A stretch of 45,065 bases of DNA from Minisyncoccota bacterium (GTDB taxonomy: Bacteria > Patescibacteriota > Minisyncoccia > UBA11713 > 2-01-FULL-45-33): contig DATDXD010000009.1 in the NCBI GenBank assembly GCA_036517275.1, forward strand, positions 1 through 45,065, given 5' to 3'. The notes under the pieces are model-generated. The model worked only from the letters and a program-made list of their open reading frames with translations. It did no database searches and was not told the origin of the DNA. This document shows positions 18,036-26,357 of this stretch, piece after piece. How positions within the stretch are numbered: position 1 is the first letter of the stretch; every line of letters starts with the position of its first letter. The position numbers and the translations under genes were made by a program.

Positions 18036-18424
18036 GGTATCTTTGCTTATAAGCCGAATTCTGTCCCCGACCGAGGTCGGGGGATAGCCATCTGTCTGGG
18101 ATTGAGATTACTCTCAACCTCTAGCCCTCTTTCGAGGTTGCACCAGATAGGGTTTTCCTTTCCCGATGGTTACCCACCGGAACTGTGAGCTCTTACCTCA
18201 CTCTTTTCACCCTTGCTCTATCAACTTTTTTGGCTTTAGGCCAAAAATGATGACGTCAGCGGTATTGTCTCTGTGGCACTTTCCCGGTCACGGCGGCTGT
18301 TAGCCGCTACCTACTTCCTTTGACCAAGGTCAAAGGGGTGTTCGGACTTTCCTTTCCAAAAATATTGATATATCAAAATTTCAATATATTAATAATTCAG
18401 AACGGCTATCCAGCAAAGAACTAC
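18036..18424 (-). ncRNA. rnpB: RNase P RNA (bacterial type)
   Basis: The minus strand contains GGAAAGGAAAGTCCGAAC (P4 5' strand/CR-I), GGGTGAAAAGAGTGAGGTAAGAGCTCACAG (the GGUAAGAGC region) and ACAGAATTCGGCTTAT (P4 3' strand/CR-V). P1 pairs TCTTTGCT (18419-18412) with AGCAAAGA (18047-18040). P2 pairs GGATAGCC with GGCTATCC. Ends are uncertain by about 10 nt. Confidence 0.9.
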
Positions 18425-18427
18425 TAT

Positions 18428-18455
18428 AGTATAGCATTTTATTAAAAAAAGTAAA
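18428..18455 (-). promoter_or_regulatory. Putative rnpB promoter
   Basis: Minus strand reads TTTACT (18455-18450), 16-nt spacer, TATACT (18433-18428), about 7 nt upstream of the P1 5' strand. Confidence 0.45.
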
Positions 18456-18543
18456 TCCCCCCTCATCCATAAAACACTCTTTCAAAAATCTTTAAACTAG
18501 ATTATTGTATAAGAAGCGTTATTTGACAACAGGTGACCAAACA

Positions 18544-19161
18544 ATGAAAATACTGATTTTAGCAATGTTTTTATTGCAAGAACCAGCCCTATTGCCGATA
18601 CAACAGGGTCCAAACAACCCTCCATCCGTAAATGGATGGAAAAAGGTGACCGAAATACATTTAGAATTGAAAAATGTTATAAAATCTGGAGAAAAAACAA
18701 TGACGGCAACGTCTATTGTTGGATCCTTCCGAGTGCTTCAAAATCCAGAATTGGAAAGCGAATTTGTTTTTATGGTTTCAAAATATCCTCCTTTGACATT
18801 TGTTCCGCAATTACTACAATCCGCGGAAAATACTCGTGACGAAATGGTGGTGGCAGAAAATTATTTTCAAAAAGTAAAACAAGAAAAACTAAAAGAAATG
18901 ATAAAATTTTCAGATACTATTTTACTTATAAAATGGCGGGAGTCAAAAGATCTAAGAACCGGAGAAACGATTCTTCTGGGTCCAATTGAAAACTGGCTTT
19001 TAAACCAGCAGGGTAAGTGGATATTTGAATCAACCAACGACAAAACAATAAAAAGAGAACTCGTTAGCGAAGAGGATTTGCTTCTGGGATTCAAATTTTC
19101 TCTTAAAGAAAATTATCATATTTTAAGGTTAAATATGAGCCATTTAGGAGGCGAAAAATGA
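18544..19161 (+). CDS. Exported hypothetical protein
   Basis: About 205 aa starting at MKILILAMFLLQEP (hydrophobic N-terminus), with SD AGGTGA 7 nt upstream. No recognisable domain. Its stop overlaps the next ATG (ATGA). Confidence 0.55.
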   Translation: MKILILAMFLLQEPALLPIQQGPNNPPSVNGWKKVTEIHLELKNVIKSGEKTMTATSIVGSFRVLQNPELESEFVFMVSKYPPLTFVPQLLQSAENTRDEMVVAENYFQKVKQEKLKEMIKFSDTILLIKWRESKDLRTGETILLGPIENWLLNQQGKWIFESTNDKTIKRELVSEEDLLLGFKFSLKENYHILRLNMSHLGGEK

Positions 19162-20288
19162 GACACCAAATAAAGGTTTTTATTTTAATTGTCTTTTTAC
19201 TAATTTTAAACGGATGCGCAAAAAAGGTTCTTATGAAGTATGCTGAAACCGACACAATAAAAATGTGTGAGGAAAACTTTTACTCAAAATTTTATATGCA
19301 TTTTTCGGAAAACGAAAAAAATGAATTTAAAGAAATAAAAACATTGGGAGAGTGCCAAATTTTTATAGATACATTTTGGCAAAAACGCGACACAGACCCA
19401 TCAACTTCTGAAAATGAATATAAAACATTGCTTGAGAAAAGAGTCGAAGACATAGAAAAAGAGGTTCTGTTTCAAAACATGGATACGGCTGGATTTGCGT
19501 TTAAAGCAAGTGATGGATTTAAAGGAGATCCGGCAAAAATTTATATGCTACACGGCGCTCCTGACTTCACAAAAAAAATTGAAGGGCACACTTTTGTTAA
19601 TTTAATGGTTTGGATTTATGGAGATGAAAACGGAAAACACAGGTATAGATTCCTTTTTTATCAAAAAAACTCAATCCAATATGTAATTTTTTGGCCACAA
19701 TGGAATGGCTGGATAGCTATAGAAGAAATATCAAAAGACTTTGTAGAATTAGATGCGGTCTATGAGGAATTAATACAAAATGAGGGTGAAATATTTCTTA
19801 TTTCCATGATTTCTTTTTCTGATAACTCAAATATAACACCAGATAAGGCATTAAAACCGCCAAAACCAGCTTCAGAAATAGCAAAAGAATTGGCTCCAAA
19901 AATAAAAACTGAAACCCCGAAAACAGAAGAAATTGTAGTTGCAAACAGTTTTAATTCAACAATTCCAGCCGAATTTTCTTACGAAATAACAAACGATAAA
20001 TTAATTTTAAAATTAGAAATAAAACACGAGGATCTTGATTGGATTTTAAAAAACAACGAACTTGTTTCGGAATTGTTTATAAAAACAATTGTTTGGGATA
20101 AAGATCAAAAACACGAAGAGGAACACAATATAAATATTGTGTCCACAAAACAAAAAATTACCGAAAAAAACTCATTTTTCTTTTTTGAATCAAAACCAAT
20201 AACACTCGAGAGTGAAATAGTAAAAGCAAGTATTTACATAAAAAATAATCAAAAATACAATTCTTGGATTGAAGAAATAAAGAGATAA
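19158..20288 (+). CDS. Lipoprotein with a GWxTD-like domain (signature degenerated to GFKGD)
   Basis: 376 aa. The signal ends in LNGC (lipobox-like). The pattern FWQKRDTDP...NEY...RV...F...GFKGDPAKIYMLHGAPD...VWIY fits the GWxTD-domain consensus as I remember it. SD AGGAGG lies 6 nt upstream. Confidence 0.5.
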   Translation: MRHQIKVFILIVFLLILNGCAKKVLMKYAETDTIKMCEENFYSKFYMHFSENEKNEFKEIKTLGECQIFIDTFWQKRDTDPSTSENEYKTLLEKRVEDIEKEVLFQNMDTAGFAFKASDGFKGDPAKIYMLHGAPDFTKKIEGHTFVNLMVWIYGDENGKHRYRFLFYQKNSIQYVIFWPQWNGWIAIEEISKDFVELDAVYEELIQNEGEIFLISMISFSDNSNITPDKALKPPKPASEIAKELAPKIKTETPKTEEIVVANSFNSTIPAEFSYEITNDKLILKLEIKHEDLDWILKNNELVSELFIKTIVWDKDQKHEEEHNINIVSTKQKITEKNSFFFFESKPITLESEIVKASIYIKNNQKYNSWIEEIKR

Positions 20289-20292
20289 ATAA

Positions 20293-20333
20293 AATCCATT
20301 TAGGTGTCCAACACCTAAATGGATTATTTTTTT
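20293..20333. terminator. Bidirectional intrinsic terminator between convergent genes
   Basis: 15-bp perfect stem AATCCATTTAGGTGT-CCA-ACACCTAAATGGATT, flanked by A-run and T-run (ATTTTTTT downstream on the plus strand). Confidence 0.75.
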
Positions 20334-23316
20334 AAAAATTCCAACCTTTTGATATGTAGAAATCTGGAACTCGTTTTTTGAATTTTTCCAACTCTCTCCA
20401 AGCAAATACATAATTGAGACCAGCGAACTGAGCGCCAATTCCCAATGACACACCCTTTTGAACTGGAAATTTTTCGTTGCTGAATTTCGCAAGAGCGTAA
20501 TCCGCGAACAAAAAACTTCTTATTGGTCCCAAGGCAATTCCACCGGGAAAAACAACGGCATCAATAAAAGGAAAACGCAATTCCGCACTTCCATAAACAA
20601 CTTGATTTCCAGCAAGATATCCAAATGGGTAAGTTTTGAGAGTGGCATCTCCACCCATAATAATATAATCGCCCATCGCACGTGAACTTTGAAGACCACG
20701 CACATTAAACGCCAATAAACTTCCTTCACTTAACCTTTTATATCTCCTGTAGTCAAAAGAAAAGGTTGTATAACCCTTGGTATTTTTAAATCCCAAAGGA
20801 GGGGCAACTTCAAAGTTAAATCTTGCGGCATTACCATGAATTGGTCCTTGGGTAGCGTAAGAATACAAAACAGTATCTCTTACAAAAGAAGTGGAAAAAC
20901 TAGCATTGAAACCTTTAGAATTTTTGAAAAAGTTATAAAACTGTTTATCTGTGTCACTAAAATATTCTGGAGATTCCTCAATAACAGAATCGTCAATAAA
21001 TACTTCAAAATTTCTCTTTTCAAAACTAAACCCTGTTTCAACTCTTGTAAATTTACCGAAGAGATAACTCCCAAAAACATCCCCGCCAATTTCGTCTCCA
21101 ACAGTATAATTGAACAATGTTTGATTGGCATAACCTTTTATCGGATCCCATTTTAGATATTGAAGTGGTAACTTGTGGTTATAAAAATCAAAACCCCAAT
21201 TCAAACGCTTTTCGCGATTCAAATAACTAAAATCTATCAATCTAAAATAACTTCCATTAAACGCAAATCCAATTTGAAAAAGATTGTTTTCTTTAATATC
21301 CGAAATTCCTTTCAATCCATAACCAAACATTCCCCAATAATTACTTAACCCCAAACTTACTTCTCCTTCGGACATTTTCCATCTTTTAGGAGGAACAGTT
21401 TTATTTTTTATTTGATTCTCATCAATAACACTAGAAAATAAATTAAATGGTCTCCAAGCGTAAACCATGTTTTCCGCTCTTTTTTCTTCAGTATAAGAAT
21501 ACAGGGGTTCCTTAAATTTCAAACTATAAATTTCAAAATTTTTGTATATTTGATTTCTAAACTGGTCATACGGCCAAAAAACTATCGCCGCGATTTCTCC
21601 AGAAGAATCAGGAATTGGTTTTGGCAAAAAAGTTCCTCCAAAAAATTCCGTCCATTGCTTTACTTCTTTTGTTTCAATATCAATAGTAACAATATTCCAA
21701 GCGCTATTTCTTTCATCAGAAGTAAAAACAATAGTATGATCATCCAAAAAATACGGAGAATCTTCATTGTGCCTATTAAATGTCAGCTGACGCTTTTTCA
21801 TTGTTTCCAAATCAAGCAAAAATAACTTTTGAAAATCTCCATCAAACGCAACATATGCGATAATTTTTCCGTTTAGTGATATTGCAGGGGCAGTGTCAAA
21901 ATTTGAATCTTGAGTTAAATTTTTAAATTCCTGTGTCAAAAAATCAAATTCATAAATATCGCGGGTTGCGTTTTGAGACGCTGAAAAATAAATTTTCTTT
22001 CCGTCCGGACTAAAAGTGGGGGAAAAAGATTGGTCATATGGAATTTTAATTTTGGTAAACTTATTTTCTTTGTCCGCATCAACCAAAAATAATTCGTGAT
22101 CTCTTCCTTTTCTAGCAAAGAACGCGATTTGTTGACTAACGGGCGACCACGCAATATCCCCACCATTAAACGGCCAAGTATTTCCGCGCTGGGAAATAAC
22201 ATACTCAAAATCGTTTGGTGGAAAATGTGAAGTCAAATTTTTTATTTTTGAATCAGTACCACCAGACAAAGCATAAGTTATAACCGAAACACCATTTTTT
22301 TGAGGAGACAGAACCGCAACATCTTTTCCATCTGAAGAAAAGGTAAAAGACAAAATTCCGAATGGTAATTTACTATTGGTTATGTTTGTTCCTGAAAAAC
22401 TTTTTTCATTTTCGTAAGGCTTCTGGCTTAATCTCATTTCTTGGGCGTATTTGTTGCTCCAAAAATCTCTGTGTTTTCTATCAAACAATTCTGGATTTTT
22501 TTGCGGATCCGGAATATCTCCATTGGTTAGTTCTTCAATCAGCTTTCCAAGATTCTTTCCGGAACTTTTTATACCTTTTGTCTTAAACTCAACTCCAACA
22601 TGATATTTTTCTTCCAAAAATTCAAAAACCATTGCCCATTGCCCATAAGGGTCTGCTTGATCAGACATAAATCTTTCCCAAGTCGGCAAAAACAACTCTG
22701 GATTTCCAGCATCGGTGCGTTGATTAATTCGTCTTAAATCATCACGAGTATGCGGGACATAAAGAGAGGCGATAAATTCAGCTCCACCCTCTATAAATCC
22801 ATTGGGAAACGGTAATGTGCCAGTAGTTTTATTTAAAAAACCTCTTTTGAGAATACTGAACTGAAAACTATGCACAAGTTCGTGGACAACCATTGATTTC
22901 ATGAGTGGAAGAGAAAAATCGGCTTTTAGCACCATTCTATTTTTTTCGTTTTCAACAAAAGCGCCGACTCCTTCCGGTAAAAATTCCATAGTTATGTTTG
23001 TACTTTCAAACTCACTATGGGTTTTGTACATCATGATCGGAATTTTTTCTTTTATTTCAAGGTTAAAAAGAATACTCAAAGATAAATGAGCACTTTCCAA
23101 AATAGACAAAGTTTCTTCAAAAAATTTTTTTTGGGAAAAATCGTTCAAATCAAGAGAATGCCAAACTTCAAAATGCTCACTTTGGTAAAAATTCTGCAAA
23201 GATTTTTCATATACAACCTTGTTTTTTCCAAAAGGACCAAATTCATCCGTTTGCGCCAAAGCCTCAATCGGCAACAATACCAAAACAACAATCATCAAAA
23301 ACAACAGTTTCCTCAT
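20332..23316 (-). CDS. Large exported multidomain protein: MA-clan metallopeptidase-like domain + PD40/TolB-like beta-propeller + C-terminal Omp85-type beta-barrel
   Basis: 994 aa. Signal peptide ends ...IEALA/QT. HELVH followed by FIEGGAEF (HExxH...EGxAE gluzincin pattern). PD40-like repeats FSSDGKDVA, WSPVSQQIAF, FSPDGKKIYFSA, ISLNGKIIAYVA. The C-terminal roughly 350 aa show alternating beta-strand patterns with GGDATLKTYPFGYLAGNQVVYGSAELRFPF...FLFADYA...SLGIGAQF and a terminal ...KGWNF. SD GAGGTGA precedes the start. Confidence 0.6.
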   Translation of the reverse strand: MRKLLFLMIVVLVLLPIEALAQTDEFGPFGKNKVVYEKSLQNFYQSEHFEVWHSLDLNDFSQKKFFEETLSILESAHLSLSILFNLEIKEKIPIMMYKTHSEFESTNITMEFLPEGVGAFVENEKNRMVLKADFSLPLMKSMVVHELVHSFQFSILKRGFLNKTTGTLPFPNGFIEGGAEFIASLYVPHTRDDLRRINQRTDAGNPELFLPTWERFMSDQADPYGQWAMVFEFLEEKYHVGVEFKTKGIKSSGKNLGKLIEELTNGDIPDPQKNPELFDRKHRDFWSNKYAQEMRLSQKPYENEKSFSGTNITNSKLPFGILSFTFSSDGKDVAVLSPQKNGVSVITYALSGGTDSKIKNLTSHFPPNDFEYVISQRGNTWPFNGGDIAWSPVSQQIAFFARKGRDHELFLVDADKENKFTKIKIPYDQSFSPTFSPDGKKIYFSASQNATRDIYEFDFLTQEFKNLTQDSNFDTAPAISLNGKIIAYVAFDGDFQKLFLLDLETMKKRQLTFNRHNEDSPYFLDDHTIVFTSDERNSAWNIVTIDIETKEVKQWTEFFGGTFLPKPIPDSSGEIAAIVFWPYDQFRNQIYKNFEIYSLKFKEPLYSYTEEKRAENMVYAWRPFNLFSSVIDENQIKNKTVPPKRWKMSEGEVSLGLSNYWGMFGYGLKGISDIKENNLFQIGFAFNGSYFRLIDFSYLNREKRLNWGFDFYNHKLPLQYLKWDPIKGYANQTLFNYTVGDEIGGDVFGSYLFGKFTRVETGFSFEKRNFEVFIDDSVIEESPEYFSDTDKQFYNFFKNSKGFNASFSTSFVRDTVLYSYATQGPIHGNAARFNFEVAPPLGFKNTKGYTTFSFDYRRYKRLSEGSLLAFNVRGLQSSRAMGDYIIMGGDATLKTYPFGYLAGNQVVYGSAELRFPFIDAVVFPGGIALGPIRSFLFADYALAKFSNEKFPVQKGVSLGIGAQFAGLNYVFAWRELEKFKKRVPDFYISKGWNF

Positions 23317-23429
23317 AATTCACCTCATTTTCAACGTTCAAAATCTATCCAAAGAGTAACTTATATAAATACAAAATTCAACGGACCAAACAAAATAGAA
23401 AAAGTTGAAGGGTTATAGAAAATTTTTTA

Positions 23430-26300
23430 TTACGAACAGCTGCCAATGTTTTCTCCGCAAGATGGACAAGTGTAACACGAACCCGTGCGAATCATGAGTG
23501 AACCACAACGACAAGATGGAGCGTCTTGGAATGAAAAAATTGTCGCTTTAGATGTTAATATTTCTACATTTCGTCCGCCGACTGGTGAATTCGACATTTC
23601 AATATTGGCTTCCGGCAATGCTTGTATTTGAGGCAATACTTTTGTTTCATTTTCCGCAACCGAAGATTCTTCGTGGTTTGAAGAATAAATTCCCATTTCC
23701 ATCTGTTCTTCTTTTGATAAAAACTTCAAAGCCAGAAACTTAGCTATGTAATCTGTAATTGATTTAGCAGTCAAAATATCTTTATTTTCCGTATAGCCCA
23801 TGGGTTCAAACCGCGAATGAATAAACTTTTGAATTATTGTTTTTACCGGCACTCCGGATTGCAAAGAAACCGACATCAAAATACCAATCGCGTCAAAAAG
23901 ACCAGCGGTTGTAGAACCCTCTTTTGCCACCCTTATAAACACTTCTCCCAAAGAACCATCTTCGTAAAGACCACAATGAATGTATCCCTCATGCCCAGCA
24001 ATAGAAAATTTATGCCGAATTGATTTTACATCGGCCGGAAGTTTGCGCCTTCCGACTTCTTTTGGAGCTGGGGTAGAAACTTCGTCCTGATTTGAACCTT
24101 TTGTTTTGGAAGTATTCAAAGGTTGAGATCCTTTTGAGTTATCTCTATATATCGCAATTGCTTTGAGTCCCATTTTCCAAGCGTCCATATAAGTATTCGT
24201 TACATCTTCCACTGTCGCAGACTCCGGCAAATTGACAGTTTTAGAAATCGCACCAGAAATAAATGGCTGTGCCGCAGACATCATACGCACATGCCCCAAA
24301 TAATGAATTGAACGAACTCCTTTTTTTGCGTTTGTGGCGCAATCAAAAACATTCATATGCTCTTCTTTTATGTATGGCGCGCCCTCAATTGTGTCATTTG
24401 CTAAAATATATTCCATTATTTCACGAGTTTCATTTTGCGAATATCCCAAATTCAAAAGCGCGTAAGAAACAGATTGATTTATAATTTTCAAAAAACCTCC
24501 ACCCACCATTTTTTTATACGCAATCAATGAAAAACCCGGCTCAATGCCAGTGGTATCCGCGTCCATCATAAAAGAAATAGTTCCGGTAGGCGCCAAAACC
24601 GTCGCCTGTGAATTTCTTATACCGTATTTTTGTCCTTCCATGTACGCGATTTTCCAAGGTTCTTGAGCGGATTCCCACATGTGTGGCAACACAAATTTTT
24701 TATCAATTTTTTTTGCTTCTTCTCCATGCATTTTTATCACATTCAACATATGTATTTTATTTTTTTCGTATCCAGCAAATGGACCTTTTACTCTGGCGAT
24801 TTCAGCGGACACCGCATAACTTTCTCCGGTTAAAACAGAGGTTAAAATCGCGCAATGAGCCCTTGCCGCGTCTGAATCGTATGGATACCCCCAACGCATC
24901 AAAAGAGCCCCTAAATTTGTATAACCAAGACCCAACTCGCGGTAATCATACGCGTTTTTTTCAATTTTTTCGGTCGGATACGAAGAATGCCCCACAATAA
25001 TATCTTGGGCGATTATAAATACGCGAATAGCTTTTTTGTATGACTCAATATCAAACTCTCCTGATGATTTTAAAAATTTAAGAAGATTAAGCGACGCCAA
25101 GTTACAAGCGGAATTATCCAAATGCATATATTCGGAACATGGATTTGAAGCAGTGATCGGACCAGTCACCGGACAAGTGTGCCACTTGTTGATTGTGCTA
25201 TCAAATTGCATTCCGGGATCCGCGCAATGCCAAGCCGCTTCAGATATAAGACGCATCAAATCCCGCGCGCGGATTTTGCGTGCTATTTCATCTGTTTTTA
25301 CATACTTTAGCTCCCACTCGCCGTCTTCTTCCACGGCATTCATAAACTCGTCGGTCGCACGGACGGAATTGTTGGCATTTTGAAAAAAAATATTCGTATA
25401 AATTTCACCGTCTATCGCGTCATCATGCCCCAAGGCAATCAACTTTTTAGCTTTTTCTTCTTCTTTCCATTTGCAAACTATAAAACTTTCTATATCCGGA
25501 TGACTCGCGTTTAAAATTACCATTTTGGCGGCTCTCCTTGTTTTTCCGCCAGATCTTATGGTACCAGCAATGGCGTCCGCGCCTTTCATAAAAGATACGG
25601 GACCGGAAGATTTTCCACGGTTTGAAATATTTTCCAAAGAAGAACGCAATGGCGAAACATTGATACCACTACCGGATCCACCGGAAAATATAAACATTTC
25701 TGTTTTATACCATTCGGATATTGATTCTTTGTCGTCCGTAACAGACAAAATGAAACAAGCGGAACATTGTGGTTTTTTTTCAACTCCAACATTGAACCAG
25801 ACAGGCGAGTTGAAAGAGCCTTTTTGATTTACCAGAAGATGTTTCAATTCTCTGTTGAAAATTTGAGCGTCATCCAAAGATTCAAAATAATTTGATTTAA
25901 TCCCCCAAGTGGTTATTGTATCAGCCACCCTATTTATTAATTCTTTAACAGAAACTTCGCGCCCAGGTTTCCCCACATGTCCAGTGAAATATTTTTCCGC
26001 GACAATATCGGTGGCGGTTTGACTCCAAAATTTGGGAACTTCAACGCCTTTTTGCTCAAAAATTGTTTCGCCTTTGGCAGAAGAAATTTTTGCGTCGCGC
26101 GCTTCCCACTCTATTTCATCGTATGGATGAATATCTTTTTTTGAAAAATAATTTTTTATAACAAGCCCTTTATTTTTTGAATTTAAAGCGTCCAATTCAT
26201 CTTGAATTTGATTATTTAAGGCGCCGATTTTTTCAGGCGCCCTAAAGAAAGTTTTTGAAGTTAGTCCAAGGCCCAATGCCTCGTTGAATTCGTCTCTCAT
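23430..26300 (-). CDS. nrdJ: Adenosylcobalamin-dependent (class II) ribonucleotide reductase
   Basis: 956 aa. The N-terminal HPYDEIEWEARDAKISSAKGETIFEQKGVEVPKFWSQTATDIVAEKYF is typical of NrdJ. Active-site region ASNPCSEY...ACNLASLNL. C-terminal Zn-ribbon CRCG...CYTCPSCG. Confidence 0.85.
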   Translation of the reverse strand: MRDEFNEALGLGLTSKTFFRAPEKIGALNNQIQDELDALNSKNKGLVIKNYFSKKDIHPYDEIEWEARDAKISSAKGETIFEQKGVEVPKFWSQTATDIVAEKYFTGHVGKPGREVSVKELINRVADTITTWGIKSNYFESLDDAQIFNRELKHLLVNQKGSFNSPVWFNVGVEKKPQCSACFILSVTDDKESISEWYKTEMFIFSGGSGSGINVSPLRSSLENISNRGKSSGPVSFMKGADAIAGTIRSGGKTRRAAKMVILNASHPDIESFIVCKWKEEEKAKKLIALGHDDAIDGEIYTNIFFQNANNSVRATDEFMNAVEEDGEWELKYVKTDEIARKIRARDLMRLISEAAWHCADPGMQFDSTINKWHTCPVTGPITASNPCSEYMHLDNSACNLASLNLLKFLKSSGEFDIESYKKAIRVFIIAQDIIVGHSSYPTEKIEKNAYDYRELGLGYTNLGALLMRWGYPYDSDAARAHCAILTSVLTGESYAVSAEIARVKGPFAGYEKNKIHMLNVIKMHGEEAKKIDKKFVLPHMWESAQEPWKIAYMEGQKYGIRNSQATVLAPTGTISFMMDADTTGIEPGFSLIAYKKMVGGGFLKIINQSVSYALLNLGYSQNETREIMEYILANDTIEGAPYIKEEHMNVFDCATNAKKGVRSIHYLGHVRMMSAAQPFISGAISKTVNLPESATVEDVTNTYMDAWKMGLKAIAIYRDNSKGSQPLNTSKTKGSNQDEVSTPAPKEVGRRKLPADVKSIRHKFSIAGHEGYIHCGLYEDGSLGEVFIRVAKEGSTTAGLFDAIGILMSVSLQSGVPVKTIIQKFIHSRFEPMGYTENKDILTAKSITDYIAKFLALKFLSKEEQMEMGIYSSNHEESSVAENETKVLPQIQALPEANIEMSNSPVGGRNVEILTSKATIFSFQDAPSCRCGSLMIRTGSCYTCPSCGENIGSCS

Positions 26301-26357
26301 ACTTTTATCCTACCTTCCAGACAACAAAAATACTTGTGCATATCTGTTGACAATTTT

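Noticed and set aside
18461-23346. Imperfect direct repeats CCTCAT...TTCAAAA(A)TCT at both borders of the 18.4-23.4 kb module (18461-18491 and 23323-23346), considered as possible att sites.
   Set aside because: They are short, interrupted by spacers of different length (14 vs 8 nt), and made of AT-rich words expected by chance. No integrase is present.
26301-26357. Possible NrdR box or cobalamin riboswitch upstream of nrdJ.
   Set aside because: The gap to ftsZ is only 57 nt, far too short for a B12 riboswitch. ACAAGTATTTTTGT has palindromic ends (ACAA/TTGT) but does not match the 16-bp NrdR palindrome well, and there is only one copy.
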